A stretch of 64,000 nt of DNA, taken from the IMG/VR virus record IMGVR_UViG_3300037200_000074; one strand, written 5' to 3'. Below the pieces are notes generated by a model. That model made no database searches, was not told the origin of the DNA, and saw only the letters and a program-made list of their open reading frames with translations. Below are positions 46,324 through 55,620 of the stretch, piece after piece (the first letter of the stretch is position 1; the number at the start of each line of letters is the position of its first letter). Origin of the DNA: an uncultured virus (IMG/VR IMGVR_UViG_3300037200_000074) (taxonomy: Duplodnaviria > Heunggongvirae > Uroviricota > Caudoviricetes). The position numbers were made by a program, and so were the translations under genes.

Positions 46324-47534
46324 TAATCACTGCTCTCAGCAGCGCCTACTGAAGGCTCGTTAGCGGTACCGCCCGTGGGTACTGGGAGTACGTGATTAAC
46401 CAATTCCACATCAAAAGTAAGACCGCTGCTTGAGGATACATCCCAATCCCAGTTAACATGGTGTGGAAAGTAAGTGCCATTATTACTGGGTTGATCACAC
46501 CCAGCGAGGTCAACTATAAAGTCTGGACTTACCTTCGCTATTTTACGTAGATCATCTGCGCCGAGAGTAAATACTCCTTGAGCAACAAACTCATGTAAAT
46601 TGATAAAAGCTTGTGTCTTTGCCGCCAGGTCAAGGCATGCTTGCTGATCCAAGTTGTGGATGGGTATGACATACTCTTCTACGTTGTCTCGTTCACCTAC
46701 ACTTGTTGTACCGTCTATAGGTCCAGCCTTAGTGCCAGCCGGGCTAGCAGTCTTGGAGACTGGTACTGGTAAGCCAAGAAGTGCTGCAACCGCACCTTGC
46801 GACCGAGCCAACCCTCTATGCTTAGTAGACTGACCGTATGACACAACTTTTACTTTAATGTTCTTGTTGTGTAACGCGTTATGAGTTATCTTTAATGACA
46901 ACCAATCGCCACCGGCAAAGTTAAGAGAAAATCTAGCATCTTCACTTGGATCGGGTGGGTCGCCTACTACAATCACACCATTACTTACTCGCACAGTCCA
47001 GCCCTGACTACGCGCTAGTAACTGAATGAAGTCTAATGCCTTCAAGTTTCGCGACATAGCTATGTAGTCGTCTTTGATAATCGTACCGGCTAGTACACTT
47101 GTAGATTGAATCTTAGGCGTCAACTGAGTATACTGTTTAATCAGCTGCGTGATTACGTTGGTGATAGTGGAATTCATATTAGGCTTTACCGAGATGCGCG
47201 CATCTACAAGGTTAGCCAGTATACCGCGACCCTTGAGAGTGATAATGTCTGTCTCATAATCGTTTTCAAGCTCGTCGAGCAAGCCATCTAATACAAGATG
47301 AGGCTCTATCTTGTTGTTAGGTAGGATGAAAGCAAAATAGACTGAGAACGGAGTAGGGTTAACTTTCTGAGACAGTGCGCCTAAGTCTTGAGGCTGAGTG
47401 CTGAGAGGTGTAGTAACTGTGATAGTATCTGCAACGCCATATGCAGTCTGTTCTACTTCAACAGACATACAGGGTATGTACGTACCGTTCAAGGTAGCGT
47501 ACATCATTACTGCGTAACTGCGTTCGTTGCTCAT
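46323..47534 (-). CDS. baseplate hub protein
   Basis: position between tube initiator and spike; GxLD...ITLxGR..A.LVD. Confidence 0.75.
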   Translation of the reverse strand: MSNERSYAVMMYATLNGTYIPCMSVEVEQTAYGVADTITVTTPLSTQPQDLGALSQKVNPTPFSVYFAFILPNNKIEPHLVLDGLLDELENDYETDIITLKGRGILANLVDARISVKPNMNSTITNVITQLIKQYTQLTPKIQSTSVLAGTIIKDDYIAMSRNLKALDFIQLLARSQGWTVRVSNGVIVVGDPPDPSEDARFSLNFAGGDWLSLKITHNALHNKNIKVKVVSYGQSTKHRGLARSQGAVAALLGLPVPVSKTASPAGTKAGPIDGTTSVGERDNVEEYVIPIHNLDQQACLDLAAKTQAFINLHEFVAQGVFTLGADDLRKIAKVSPDFIVDLAGCDQPSNNGTYFPHHVNWDWDVSSSSGLTFDVELVNHVLPVPTGGTANEPSVGAAESSD

Positions 47535-48457
47535 GAGGTAGGCGCAGGAATAGTGAGCATTACACGAGACGTAATAAAGTAGTCGGCTAACTTGTTGGCC
47601 TGGGCGATCATGTTAGCGCCACTGGCAGCATCCAGGTTAGGGTAGAACTGTTGTGCTATAGCAAACAGGTTAGTGTTCGCTTCAGCTACAATCTGTTGGT
47701 TCCCTATCTCGCCTCCGAGCAATGTTTGTAGATTCGAATAGTACTGAGAATAATTTGTATAAACTGTCAGAGCGTTGAGTAGCGCTGTATTACCAGTAGC
47801 ATCCAGCCGCTTCAATTCCTGAGCTGCGAGGTACGCATACATGGCCTGGTTAAAAACCTGCACAGCTTTAGCTAGCAGTACTAGAACTGGAAATGGGGCG
47901 TCTCGAAGTGGGGACGCCGCTGCTTGCTGTGCCTTCTGATTATTATATGCTTGTCCTAACGAGGCGGGAAGTGAAGGCGACGAACCCAATGCAGTCCACG
48001 CTGCGTCCCCATTATCAATAAATGTTTGTGTGCTGATGTCAAATGGTGGAGTGTTACTGGGAATCGCACCGTTTTCAGTTATCACTGACTTAACAGTGAT
48101 AGACAAATCATAGGCTATCTCTATGGGGGACTTTGGATGACCTGTGACCTTGGACACTTGAACATTATACTGTAGTGGCCCATAAATGAACATTACGTCT
48201 GCAGGCTGAGTAGCCAGGCGTTCTAGCTGCTGAAAATTATTAAGAGCATTGATTCCGTAGAAAGTACCACGCCACGTAGTAGGAATGGGATATATACCAA
48301 GTATATGTGTGTCAATTCTTGACACACCATTAGGTGTGAGCGTTTTATGCTCTACAAGTTGCTTTTCCCAGCCAATCTCAAATTCTTCAGGTGCAGAGAA
48401 CTTAGTGAGCTGTACACCACCAATGCTGAACTCCCAGAGTATAGGCTTAACTGCCAC
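47531..48457 (-). CDS. tail tube initiator with C-terminal LysM-like domain
   Basis: PExxxxG...WxGxF; C-terminal LFAIAxxxY...IAxANxL...LTIP. Confidence 0.7.
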   Translation of the reverse strand: MAVKPILWEFSIGGVQLTKFSAPEEFEIGWEKQLVEHKTLTPNGVSRIDTHILGIYPIPTTWRGTFYGINALNNFQQLERLATQPADVMFIYGPLQYNVQVSKVTGHPKSPIEIAYDLSITVKSVITENGAIPSNTPPFDISTQTFIDNGDAAWTALGSSPSLPASLGQAYNNQKAQQAAASPLRDAPFPVLVLLAKAVQVFNQAMYAYLAAQELKRLDATGNTALLNALTVYTNYSQYYSNLQTLLGGEIGNQQIVAEANTNLFAIAQQFYPNLDAASGANMIAQANKLADYFITSRVMLTIPAPTS

Positions 48458-50895
48458 TAGGTCGCTCCTACTGCAGCGTGTGGACGACCAGGTATGCCAG
48501 TGCCCCCGACTGTAGAGTAGCTAGCTGACTTGAGTGCCGCTACAACCGCTTTAGAAGTTACGCTAGCAATATGATTTGCATCTCTCTTGCTTGCGCCCTT
48601 AGCATCAACGTTGATAGAAACATGAGTTACCCCGCCCTTGCCATGAGGGTTAGGATGTCCGGCTGGACCTTGTTTAATAGTAGAGGGAGGGTCTTGCAAT
48701 CCTTGTTGCACACCAGCAACGAATGACTTTACCCAGTCAGTCATTTCAAGCGGATGAGTGAATAGATCAAGAAGTTTCATGAACTCCTGACCGATGTACA
48801 CTACTAACGTTTTGATGACGTTGATAACACCTGGTATAAGGGTGTCCTTCAAGAAACGAAGAATGTACCCAATCCACGTGCCGATGTCCTTGGGGTGCTT
48901 GCTAAACCAGGAGAGAGCGTCAACGGCAAGTAAAATCCAACCCACCCAGTTAAGCATACGCAAACCGAAGCCAAACACAAGCGGAACTATAATACCAAGT
49001 TTTGTACCAAGAAATCCAAGAGCGCCACCTAAGCCATTCATACCAAGTTTAGCAGCAATATCACCCATAAAGTTACCCATGCGTAGAGTAGCTGGGGCTC
49101 GGGGAAATGCGCCTGCTGCAAAGCTAGCATACTTACCTGAGCCACCGTAAGCCATGAAGAGTGCGTGATCTAACCAGTTAACTATGCCGCCTGTAGTGCT
49201 CATTGCTGCACCCGGCCCAAAAGCACCAAGCGCCCCGCCCATGCGCCCTAGACCTGCCTTCAGTACAGTTCCGCCGCCTACGCCTAAACCTGCTCGAGCT
49301 AACCCAAGTACTCCTAGACCCGTCATAGCTGCACCTGCAATAGTTGCAAGTAGGCCAATACCTCCGATGGCGGTACCTATCATACCTGCGGCCTGAGGAT
49401 GGGCAGCGTTGAACTTAATGACCTCAGCCATCACTTTGTTCAACTCTTTAAGGATCTTAATTACAGTGTCGAGCGGGCCACCTGCAATCGCCTTACCTGT
49501 TACCATATCTACACCGCCAAGCTGGAGCATGATAGCATTGAAGCGATTCTGTGAGGTAGCCTCCTGGCCGTGCAGCGTATTACGGGCCTGTGCAATAAGA
49601 ATGTCAATAGGCTGCTGTTGCATCACTTGACGCTGATATGCCATAAGCGCACTGTGCCCACCTAAGGTGGTGCGCTGGTCTTGACTCATATCTTGGGCAG
49701 AAAGAATGAAGCCGCCACGTGCGCCACGTAGATTCAGTAAGCGTGCAAGGTAGACGGCCATTTGGTCATCACCTTTTTGCTTACCGTATTCATGCTCCAG
49801 ATTCGAACGTGAATTATCTAGAAAATCAGACATACCTTGCAAACCGTTTTTACGATATGCAGCTATCATCTGATTAGGCATTGTAGACACTAGTGCCGAG
49901 CGAGCTATCTTTTCTTGCTGGGCTGCAGTCCACTTAGTAGGGTCCGCAGGCAAACCAAGCGCCTGCATTCTTTCAATATTTTCTTGAACAGCTCGACGTG
50001 CTTGAGCTACGTCAACATGACCAAGCATACCCAGTGCCATAGCAGCTTCGAAGCGTTTATTAGACTCGAAGTTGGATGCGCCCTTGGTAGGGTCAAGTGA
50101 TTGTAAGAACAAGTTGTTGAGCGCCGTTGCACCAGAAGTGGACGTAGCACCCATACGTGACATAAAACCAGACAAGATAATCATGTCGTCTGGCTTCATG
50201 TTAATAGTTCTAGCAAGATTACCAAAGTATTGTTCATAATACTTCATGTCTTGCGAACTAAAATGACCCGTTACAGTTTGTACCTTAGCGATTGTGTTAA
50301 TCGCATTGTAGGCTGCATCACCTGTGAGGCCATACGCCTTTAGAAATTGAGCAATGTTCTGCGCCGAGGCTGTAGGTGAAGTAGAGAGACCTCGTAGCTG
50401 TTCTTTCTCAGCGAGGTAAGCTACAACTCTACCCAGACTGTCGCCGCTGCTGCCTTTGCGAGTAATCTCCCCAGGAGTAAATCCAGTCTGTAGAAGCATG
50501 CGCTGAATGTCAGCAAGCTGATCAATGCCGAATAGTGTAGGGTTATCCCCCACCATCAAATCCATACGCTGCTGCGCTAGACCTTGTAGGCCTAAGTTAT
50601 AAGTGCGGTAGCCTACTTTTGCTGGATCACCCATGGCTTGTTGAATCATGACCATCTTCATCTGGAAGTCACCAGCTTTTTGGACAGCCATGTCAAATAC
50701 GTTCATTGCAGTACGCCCAAAGGACATGAGCGCCTCACCACCGGCTACTTGTAGTCCGGCGAGAGCTGCGTTAAGATTCTTAGTGCTATTGTGTGCACTG
50801 TTTACACTGTTGATAAGTGAAGCGAAGCCAGGTCCGGTCATGTTGTTCATGCCGAACTGAACCATTACTCGCCAGGTAGACGCACTACTAGCCAT
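48457..50895 (-). CDS. tape measure protein
   Basis: 812 aa Ala/Gly-rich helical protein with hydrophobic segments, downstream of tube and chaperones. Confidence 0.85.
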   Translation of the reverse strand: MASSASTWRVMVQFGMNNMTGPGFASLINSVNSAHNSTKNLNAALAGLQVAGGEALMSFGRTAMNVFDMAVQKAGDFQMKMVMIQQAMGDPAKVGYRTYNLGLQGLAQQRMDLMVGDNPTLFGIDQLADIQRMLLQTGFTPGEITRKGSSGDSLGRVVAYLAEKEQLRGLSTSPTASAQNIAQFLKAYGLTGDAAYNAINTIAKVQTVTGHFSSQDMKYYEQYFGNLARTINMKPDDMIILSGFMSRMGATSTSGATALNNLFLQSLDPTKGASNFESNKRFEAAMALGMLGHVDVAQARRAVQENIERMQALGLPADPTKWTAAQQEKIARSALVSTMPNQMIAAYRKNGLQGMSDFLDNSRSNLEHEYGKQKGDDQMAVYLARLLNLRGARGGFILSAQDMSQDQRTTLGGHSALMAYQRQVMQQQPIDILIAQARNTLHGQEATSQNRFNAIMLQLGGVDMVTGKAIAGGPLDTVIKILKELNKVMAEVIKFNAAHPQAAGMIGTAIGGIGLLATIAGAAMTGLGVLGLARAGLGVGGGTVLKAGLGRMGGALGAFGPGAAMSTTGGIVNWLDHALFMAYGGSGKYASFAAGAFPRAPATLRMGNFMGDIAAKLGMNGLGGALGFLGTKLGIIVPLVFGFGLRMLNWVGWILLAVDALSWFSKHPKDIGTWIGYILRFLKDTLIPGVINVIKTLVVYIGQEFMKLLDLFTHPLEMTDWVKSFVAGVQQGLQDPPSTIKQGPAGHPNPHGKGGVTHVSINVDAKGASKRDANHIASVTSKAVVAALKSASYSTVGGTGIPGRPHAAVGAT

Positions 50896-51472
50896 CGAAC
50901 ACGTCAGCTTCGTGAACTATACCACGCCCATAGCTCGGGGTTATGTTAGAATCCATAGCCGCGCGACTGGTCAATACTTTAATGCGCCGGCCATTAAGCA
51001 TAACATCTACAAATATGTTGCGGATGTGGTCAGCTACGCCTTTATCTGCAGCTTCGATAATAGCGGGGCCAAGCACCGGACGAGGCGGTATGCCATGATC
51101 CAAGCGTCCCTCACCGTATTCACCAGTTTCCTGAACCTGAGCGTAGGGAGACTCAGAACCAATCGACACCTTGCCTAAACCAGACCGAACGACCTCATAA
51201 GAGTCCTTGAGGTCGCCTGTTTCGTCTAGCGGTTCGTCGTTAGGATTTATTCCGCGCTGTTGCCGACGCCTAAGCGTACTCTCTTGTAGAGGTGCCCACG
51301 CAGGGAACGGTCCTACCTGAGGTTGATAAGTACCAAACTTACTTCTAGCTATGAACAGTACTTCTTCTGCAGCACCTTCAAGCGCGTCGCCAATAGCCTC
51401 TTTGGAATTGAGGCGCATGCGACCAAGAAAGGCACCCATGACAGCAAACGAAGTGAAGTTTATGTCTGCCAT
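50888..51472 (-). CDS. tail completion / virion morphogenesis protein (HK97 gp10-like)
   Basis: WAPLxESTxxR...PLxxTGxL...IGS..YA..QExG...IPPRPVLGPA. Confidence 0.8.
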   Translation of the reverse strand: MADINFTSFAVMGAFLGRMRLNSKEAIGDALEGAAEEVLFIARSKFGTYQPQVGPFPAWAPLQESTLRRRQQRGINPNDEPLDETGDLKDSYEVVRSGLGKVSIGSESPYAQVQETGEYGEGRLDHGIPPRPVLGPAIIEAADKGVADHIRNIFVDVMLNGRRIKVLTSRAAMDSNITPSYGRGIVHEADVFDG

Positions 51473-52029
51473 TTTAATGCCAGTCGTATGTGATCTCTAG
51501 CACTCTTAAGATTTTTACCTCGTAGTGTTACATACTTGGTACAAACCTCTTCGTAACTGTGGTTTTTCAGTTGTTCGCGAAGCCATGAAGCCCAACTCAT
51601 ACCATTAGGCGCATCACCTCTTTTAACTGTTCCTCGGAGTGACTCACTTAAACTAGCTCGATGCGCGGTAGTCTGTTTTTTACCAATTTTTGCCGCGCTC
51701 ATCTTAGCCCGAACTTCAAAAGTAAATCTTATAGGGTTTACTACAAACAAAGTCATGTTGTATTCAGGCTTAGTTAAGATCAAATAAACTTGTTCACGTT
51801 CTCGAACTACGCTTTCAGTACATCGTTCAATAACTCTACAAGAAAAATTATTGAGTCCGTACTTGTTTACAGCTCGCTGTAGTATAATGTTACTGTGTTT
51901 ATTATTTCGCAGTAATTTTTTGTGCGCTCTCCAGCGGAGATTCATAGTAATAGAAGAACCTATGTAACGTTTCCCATTGATTGTGTTAGTGATCTCATAG
52001 ACCCCACACCCATCCAGTACTTCGCTCAT
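51460..52029 (-). CDS. GIY-YIG homing endonuclease
   Basis: GVYEITNTINGKRYIGSS...RWxxH...E..YN, NUMOD3-like RAKMSAAKIG; AT-rich. Confidence 0.92.
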   Translation of the reverse strand: MSEVLDGCGVYEITNTINGKRYIGSSITMNLRWRAHKKLLRNNKHSNIILQRAVNKYGLNNFSCRVIERCTESVVREREQVYLILTKPEYNMTLFVVNPIRFTFEVRAKMSAAKIGKKQTTAHRASLSESLRGTVKRGDAPNGMSWASWLREQLKNHSYEEVCTKYVTLRGKNLKSARDHIRLALKWQT

Positions 52030-52051
52030 AGGCTCTTCCTATACTATCGTC

Positions 52052-52270
52052 TCATCTAGGTGGTAGAACCCTACCTTGGTTTTTATTGGCTCGCTCGTCG
52101 AGCGTGGACTTCCAGATACCGTATCTGGTGACCCCATCCTTATCGACTTCTGAGTAGTCAAATATAAAGGTGTCTCCAAACTGTTGTCCTTTAATTATAC
52201 CTATCGCCGTCAGGACTGCGTCATCCATGTCTTGCACCTCCGCCCATGTAGGCGAAGCTACACCTGCCAT
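52052..52270 (-). CDS. tail assembly chaperone, second ORF
   Basis: directly after chaperone, before tape measure region. Confidence 0.55.
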   Translation of the reverse strand: MAGVASPTWAEVQDMDDAVLTAIGIIKGQQFGDTFIFDYSEVDKDGVTRYGIWKSTLDERANKNQGRVLPPR

Positions 52271-52272
52271 GG

Positions 52273-52752
52273 TTACGAAGATGGGGTCACTGGTAAGTCC
52301 CGGACTTTGTTAAGCTTACTCTTAGCGTAAGGTAGGGTAGCGACAGTAATACGCTTGCGAGTTTCCTCCTGGTCGAGCCCCTCATCCATGCATTCCAGCA
52401 GAGTCTTCTTGACAATAGCGCTTAGCTCCGGCTGAGTAAGCTCTTGCCATTTCTCCATGAAGCTGTCGAGATCATCATCGTCTTCAAAACGACCGATCAT
52501 GGCATCAAAGTGAGTTGGATTCATGAGCGGTGACGGCGCACCGCCACTCCAGTTACGGATGGATAGGAACGCCGTGCCTATCGTCTTAAGTTCATCGTCC
52601 TTATAGTAGTGCTCTCCAAGAAGGTTACGCAGCTTAAGACGAATGACTCCTTTGGGCAGCCCTACCGTAACTCTGGTGTTGTCTTTTAATACGTGCGTAA
52701 ACGTTGCATCTTCAGACGACACCGGAGCTACGGATGTAGCTTCGTTGTTCAT
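52273..52752 (-). CDS. tail assembly chaperone
   Basis: directly downstream of tail tube; acidic. Confidence 0.65.
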   Translation of the reverse strand: MNNEATSVAPVSSEDATFTHVLKDNTRVTVGLPKGVIRLKLRNLLGEHYYKDDELKTIGTAFLSIRNWSGGAPSPLMNPTHFDAMIGRFEDDDDLDSFMEKWQELTQPELSAIVKKTLLECMDEGLDQEETRKRITVATLPYAKSKLNKVRDLPVTPSS

Positions 52753-52774
52753 TTGCTTCTCCCTAGGTTATTAG

Positions 52775-53266
52775 TTACGCCGCCCCCGCCAGCGTATTAC
52801 CACTGAACGTTGCGTCTGACGTGTCTCCCGTGAGTTGAATGCGACGCGGGAAGAACATTTTGTACGTTCCGGTGATATCTTCATTTCCCTTGTACGAGCC
52901 CGCGTCCGTTTGATAGATGATACCATCGACGTATTGGAACATATCGACAGAAGCATCATCGTTGCGAGTAGTTTGCTGCATGGTCACTTCGATGTCGGGA
53001 TTACCCGCGAAGTAGTTGTCCTGACAGAACTGACCGAGCGTGTCGGGGATACCGTCCTGACGGTAGTACTGGATGGTTACATCCCAACCATTGAAGACTG
53101 GTCGAGCTACGGTGACGCCACCGTTGTTGGTCGGAATGACTTTGCGCTCAGTCCAGAGTGGCTGAATGTGGGTGTCGGAGTAAAGACCAAACTCTTGAAT
53201 AACCTGTCCGTTCAACGTAATGCTGACGGTAAGGTCTCGGCCTATATTTTGTTTATGCTGTGACAC
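52775..53266 (-). CDS. tail tube protein
   Basis: 163 aa beta-rich ORF directly after sheath. Confidence 0.8.
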   Translation of the reverse strand: MSQHKQNIGRDLTVSITLNGQVIQEFGLYSDTHIQPLWTERKVIPTNNGGVTVARPVFNGWDVTIQYYRQDGIPDTLGQFCQDNYFAGNPDIEVTMQQTTRNDDASVDMFQYVDGIIYQTDAGSYKGNEDITGTYKMFFPRRIQLTGDTSDATFSGNTLAGAA

Positions 53267-53276
53267 TATTCGTCTC

Positions 53277-54821
53277 CTACGTCAACGCGGTGTTGGTTAC
53301 GACTTGTACGTCTACAGACTGACCGCCTGTGACATTGATAATGAAGCGGTTCACGTTAGCGAGGTACGCTACAACCGCGTCCGCCTGCATGATACCCATC
53401 TTGATTTGGGTAACTGGATTGTTCGTGAGATCACACGTAAACGTGTACGCGTCGATTGCGTTACCTATCTGAGGCGCAAAGTATCCGTTACCTGCAGCCC
53501 GTGCCGCTTCACGCAAAGGATCGTCAGCCTGGGTAGACTGAGGTTGATCAACGAACTGACCCATCGTAATACCGGATAGTGCTCGCACGATGTCGTTGGT
53601 CTTACGCGTATATGCGATTTCGTTCTGGGCGATGTTCGACGAGGAATTTTTACCATGTCGAATACCCAGTGCGTTTGCGCTCGGAATGCGGTCTGCGATG
53701 AAGTCAATGCCCGCCGCTTGCAGGGTAGCCTCGTCGGAGTCACTATAAGTCTGTGCCAGTGGCCCGTAGGTCTTGTCGGTACCGAGTAGACCGTAAACTT
53801 TCTTGTTGCCGGGTGAGACGTGTGGGAGTACCGAGCAGCACACACCTGCAAGAACACCCGCCGAAGGAATATAGATATTCAGACCCAGGTACGTGTCGAA
53901 GTAAACCGCGAATCCCAACATGAGGATGAGGTACGGATCGTCTGCCCCTGCACTAGCCTTCGTAGAAACTGCAGTGGCCACGCTAGTACCAAGTGGAAAG
54001 TTACCGATAGCTGCTGAAGCTTCAGTACGTGCGAATTGCAGCATGGTGGACCAAGTCGTGTTATCGGTGCAACCCGCTAGCCAAAACACATCCATACCCT
54101 GATTAGACAGCGCCTGCATACCTGTACGCATCGCGCCGCTGACAGTGCCAAGCAGTGTAGCTGATGTGATACCGGAGGTACCGTCTGTACCACCTGCAAG
54201 TGTTGCTGTCATACCCGCAGTAAGCTCGACCGTGCTAGAAGTACCGGCACTAGCAATGATATAGTTTGAAGGAGCGTTATATGCTCCGCCGGTGTTCATA
54301 GCTGCTATCAGCGCAGCTACCGAACCAGTAGCTGGAATGCGATCGTAAATTTCTGCCAAACTACCCGCTAGGTACACCGATGCCTTTAAGGTAGCGGGGA
54401 ACGTACCTGCACTGATGGTTACCATAAGGGTATCACCCATAATGCCGTTGTAAAGTCCCGTAAATATGATCTGCTTAGTACTACCACTAGCTCCGAGGTA
54501 ACCTGTAGCCGCCGTAGAGGTTCCATCATCAACTCGAACAGTTGAGAGGCCACCCTGTGGGCTTTGTTTCAAAAAGACTGCGCCCTCTTGAACCATAGGG
54601 GCTACATTACCTGCAATTGGCAGACCGTAGTTACTAGTGAGATCACTAGCGCTGCTGTTGTTGAGGACAACGTTCAGCGGACCCCAGCTACCCCCACCAA
54701 CTACCGCACCTTGCAGCGTAGAGCCACTAGTAGTAATCTGCGGCTGTGGCGGTAAGACATTTACGTAGACGTCATCTGCACCAACCGCGCCGCCTGCAGT
54801 GCCGTAGCTAACCTGACCCAT
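53277..54821 (-). CDS. contractile tail sheath protein
   Basis: DVYV..P, VGxxSWGP, LAGGTDG, SPGNK, CDLTNNP motifs. Confidence 0.92.
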   Translation of the reverse strand: MGQVSYGTAGGAVGADDVYVNVLPPQPQITTSGSTLQGAVVGGGSWGPLNVVLNNSSASDLTSNYGLPIAGNVAPMVQEGAVFLKQSPQGGLSTVRVDDGTSTAATGYLGASGSTKQIIFTGLYNGIMGDTLMVTISAGTFPATLKASVYLAGSLAEIYDRIPATGSVAALIAAMNTGGAYNAPSNYIIASAGTSSTVELTAGMTATLAGGTDGTSGITSATLLGTVSGAMRTGMQALSNQGMDVFWLAGCTDNTTWSTMLQFARTEASAAIGNFPLGTSVATAVSTKASAGADDPYLILMLGFAVYFDTYLGLNIYIPSAGVLAGVCCSVLPHVSPGNKKVYGLLGTDKTYGPLAQTYSDSDEATLQAAGIDFIADRIPSANALGIRHGKNSSSNIAQNEIAYTRKTNDIVRALSGITMGQFVDQPQSTQADDPLREAARAAGNGYFAPQIGNAIDAYTFTCDLTNNPVTQIKMGIMQADAVVAYLANVNRFIINVTGGQSVDVQVVTNTALT

Positions 54822-54982
54822 TACTTAGATTTCTCCTCTTGGTTGCTAGGCGCAGCTTTTTCCGCATCATCGTCGTTGTACCGAACGAACACCCCGGTAC
54901 CCTGCATCTCGGTGGGAATGGTGTCGTAGCTCTCCCCACGAGTGTATGGACCGAAGGTTTCACGACATCTATACTTAATCAT
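54821..54982 (-). CDS. small protein preceding sheath (53 aa)
   Basis: MIKYRCRETFGPYTRGE...; ATGA and TAATG overlaps on both sides. Confidence 0.6.
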   Translation of the reverse strand: MIKYRCRETFGPYTRGESYDTIPTEMQGTGVFVRYNDDDAEKAAPSNQEEKSK

Positions 54983-55620
54983 AATTGCCCCACTTGCAGC
55001 TTTTGTCTTGCCGGTGCTCCGACTACGACATTGGTTTCGATTGTGATGACCTGTGTTGCATCAACTTCTACCACTTCAGTAAAGTCTGATTCGTACATAA
55101 ACCTACGCACATACACAGAGTCTACCTGTTCCATATCTACAGTTTTGTTTACTTGATATTTGAACAGCGTGATGGTGCTGTCACCATTACGCAAGCGGTA
55201 TGCGTCCGTTAACAATATTCGAACTAATTTACATATAGCTTTCCGACTCTCTTCGCTATATGACCATACTTCAATTATTGCTTGCTTCTTCTCGCGGGCT
55301 ACCTCGATATATTCCGTTCCTGAAGCAGGAACCCCTGTTGACCCAGGGGTGGTGTAATTCACCTGCGCAGGCTTCCTATTAAGGAAAGGGAAGACCCCGC
55401 CCTTATCTCCTTCGTAGATTGCGACCTGAGCTAGTTTATTCTCCAGTCGCTTCATAACGTGATTCTGAATAGGGTGTCCATAGGCTATGAGCGTAGCCGG
55501 TATTTGTCCTGCTGTAGCCAATGGATTCGGGAAGCGCATAGGAACATTAGGCTGATAAGGAGCTAAGCCTTCAGCTATGAAGTACGCTAAATTATCTAAG
55601 ACCTCGTCAATGTCTGCCAT
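54979..55620 (-). CDS. tail terminator / neck protein
   Basis: MADIxxV...YP, EVxRExxQ, synteny before sheath. Confidence 0.7.
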   Translation of the reverse strand: MADIDEVLDNLAYFIAEGLAPYQPNVPMRFPNPLATAGQIPATLIAYGHPIQNHVMKRLENKLAQVAIYEGDKGGVFPFLNRKPAQVNYTTPGSTGVPASGTEYIEVAREKKQAIIEVWSYSEESRKAICKLVRILLTDAYRLRNGDSTITLFKYQVNKTVDMEQVDSVYVRRFMYESDFTEVVEVDATQVITIETNVVVGAPARQKLQVGQL

